A stretch of DNA of 63,578 nucleotides, filler included, from Chiloscyllium plagiosum (taxonomy: Eukaryota), in NCBI RefSeq assembly GCF_004010195.1. It is 4 parts of 2 records of this genome, joined end to end, with 100 filler letters (N's around TTAATTAATTAA, not from the genome) between each part and the next. Parts side by side here need not be neighbours in the genome. Positions count along the whole stretch, not along the records: positions 56,844 to 63,578 come from NC_057717.1; 3 more parts are not named here. One strand, given 5' to 3'. Shown here piece after piece: positions 62,236 to 63,578 of this stretch (positions are counted from its first letter, which is position 1; every line of letters begins with the position of its first letter). Both the position numbers and the translations under genes were made by a program. The notes beneath the pieces were generated by a model. That model was not told the origin of the DNA and searched no databases. It was given only the letters and a program-made list of their open reading frames with translations.

Positions 62236-63179
62236 CATTACAAAAGACACGTTATTCTCTGCACATGCTCACGGACACATCAGGGGGGAAGGGTGTATTG
62301 TCTAGCTAACATCAATTGTTACAGCTAACCTGAGAATGCAACTTTTAAAAAAACGTTTTGTGATTTACACATGAGAGACGTTAAACTATCAGCTCCCTCT
62401 ATCCGGGAATTAACTCCCCCAGGGATGGAGCATAGCCAGAGTCACCACAGTGGGATTAGAGGGAGGGGGGGAGGAAGGGAGGGTGGAGGTGTGAGAGAAT
62501 GCATCAGGTAAACAGTTTCATCCAGTCTGCCTTTGTCTACTCCTGCTTTGCATTTTATTGTCTTGGAATGAAAGCCAAATGTATTTTCAAACTGATCAAA
62601 TTCCTTTTGTCTCTGGGGTTTACTGCTGATCAATGTGAAAGTCTCAGCTTGAGATTGCCAGGAATCAACACAAGGAAGAGAAAGGAAACAAAGTAAATTA
62701 TTGTTGAAAATAAATGTGCAATCAAAACACACATACCTCTTATAGTATGTTCTTTCCTCTTTCTAACAGGAAACTACTCATGTGTTTTAATTTGCCCAGA
62801 TGTGTTGCTCAGAGAATTCAGTGAGGAAGAGTGGACAGGAGCCTGTCGTTGTATTTCCCTCTCTGGCCTGCAGTGAACGATAACACCTTCCTCCACATCA
62901 TTTATTTTTCTCCCCACTTCACTCACTGAGAACGGATTACTTGGGATAAATGTAGCTTTTGTGTACATTTAATTTCTCTTTTGGTTTTGCTTTTGTTGTC
63001 CCACTTCCTACAATTTGTTGCAATTTGCAAACAGCACTTTACACTGGCTTTACACCTCCACTCTCTTACATTTTGCTCCTCAGATGGAGTCATTCCTTGC
63101 CCATTAGGAAAGGAGTGTTATCATGATGCTGCTCCTCCTTCTCCTTTCGGTCCATTCCTCACAGGGACTCCTCGTTCTG

Positions 63180-63578
63180 TTACCTGCTGCACCTAATGTT
63201 GGATTGATTCACCAATTGAATTATTGTTCTAACTGGATATGTCACGGCGTACTTTAACTGGTCTCTGAAATGTTTCTGTGTCACCACATAAATAAGGGCA
63301 TTTGTGCAGCAACTTAAGTTCCTCAACATGTATCCAATCTGAACAAAGAGACTCAAAGAAACAGAATCCAAGAAATAACCAGCCTTAAAAAAATATAAAA
63401 TATGCAACAACCAGAGAAGTATGAAGCTGGCAGATATGGCAAAAAGCAAAATCACAGAATTCTTCCTGCTCTCTACCTCTGGATCATTCTCTGTTTTTCT
63501 CTGACCTCTCAGTTCCTTCCGCACCCTAATGGCCTCGAAGATATGTCTGACAGTCAGAATGTTGATAAAGACAATAAA
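63180..63578 (-). CDS. GPR139/GPR142-like class A GPCR, 3' part of the main exon (TM5-TM7, helix 8); runs off the window
   Basis: Open from the window end: FIVFINILTVRHI...DPEVESRKNSVILLFAISASFILLW...GYMLRNLSCCTNALIYVVTQKHFRDQL...*. Hydrophobic helices and NxxIY in place of NPxxY. Confidence 0.88.
   Translation of the reverse strand, partial: FIVFINILTVRHIFEAIRVRKELRGQRKTENDPEVESRKNSVILLFAISASFILLWLLHILYFFKAGYFLDSVSLSLFVQIGYMLRNLSCCTNALIYVVTQKHFRDQLKYAVTYPVRTIIQLVNQSNIRCSR

Overview
Vertebrate genomic DNA, almost certainly from a cartilaginous fish (shark), based on HE1/V-type SINEs, Deu-domain SINEs, many CR1 LINEs with an esterase ORF1, and Penelope-like elements. The window is four assembly pieces joined by an artificial 100-nt linker (44 N + TTAATTAATTAA + 44 N) at 16720, 48188 and 56744, plus several ordinary N gaps. 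Bases 1-30.6 kb are almost entirely nested, decayed retroelements. Three host-gene fragments are supported, all on the minus strand: the last coding exon of a type II diacylglycerol kinase (probably DGKH, 44032-44121) with a likely ~13 kb 3' UTR, exon 1 of a GPR139/GPR142-like GPCR with a 42-bp tandem repeat across its start (55142-55361), and the TM5-TM7 end of a second such GPCR (63180-63578). The most interesting signal is a set of Penelope-derived insertions carrying minimal hammerhead-ribozyme cores from three sequence families. Four of them are fold-back structures (about 0.2, 0.2, 0.95 and 3.3 kb) in which one arm has an unpaired 30-39 nt tail, and two lie inside the inferred DGK 3' UTR. 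All calls were read by eye, no database search was run, and boundaries of decayed repeats are approximate.
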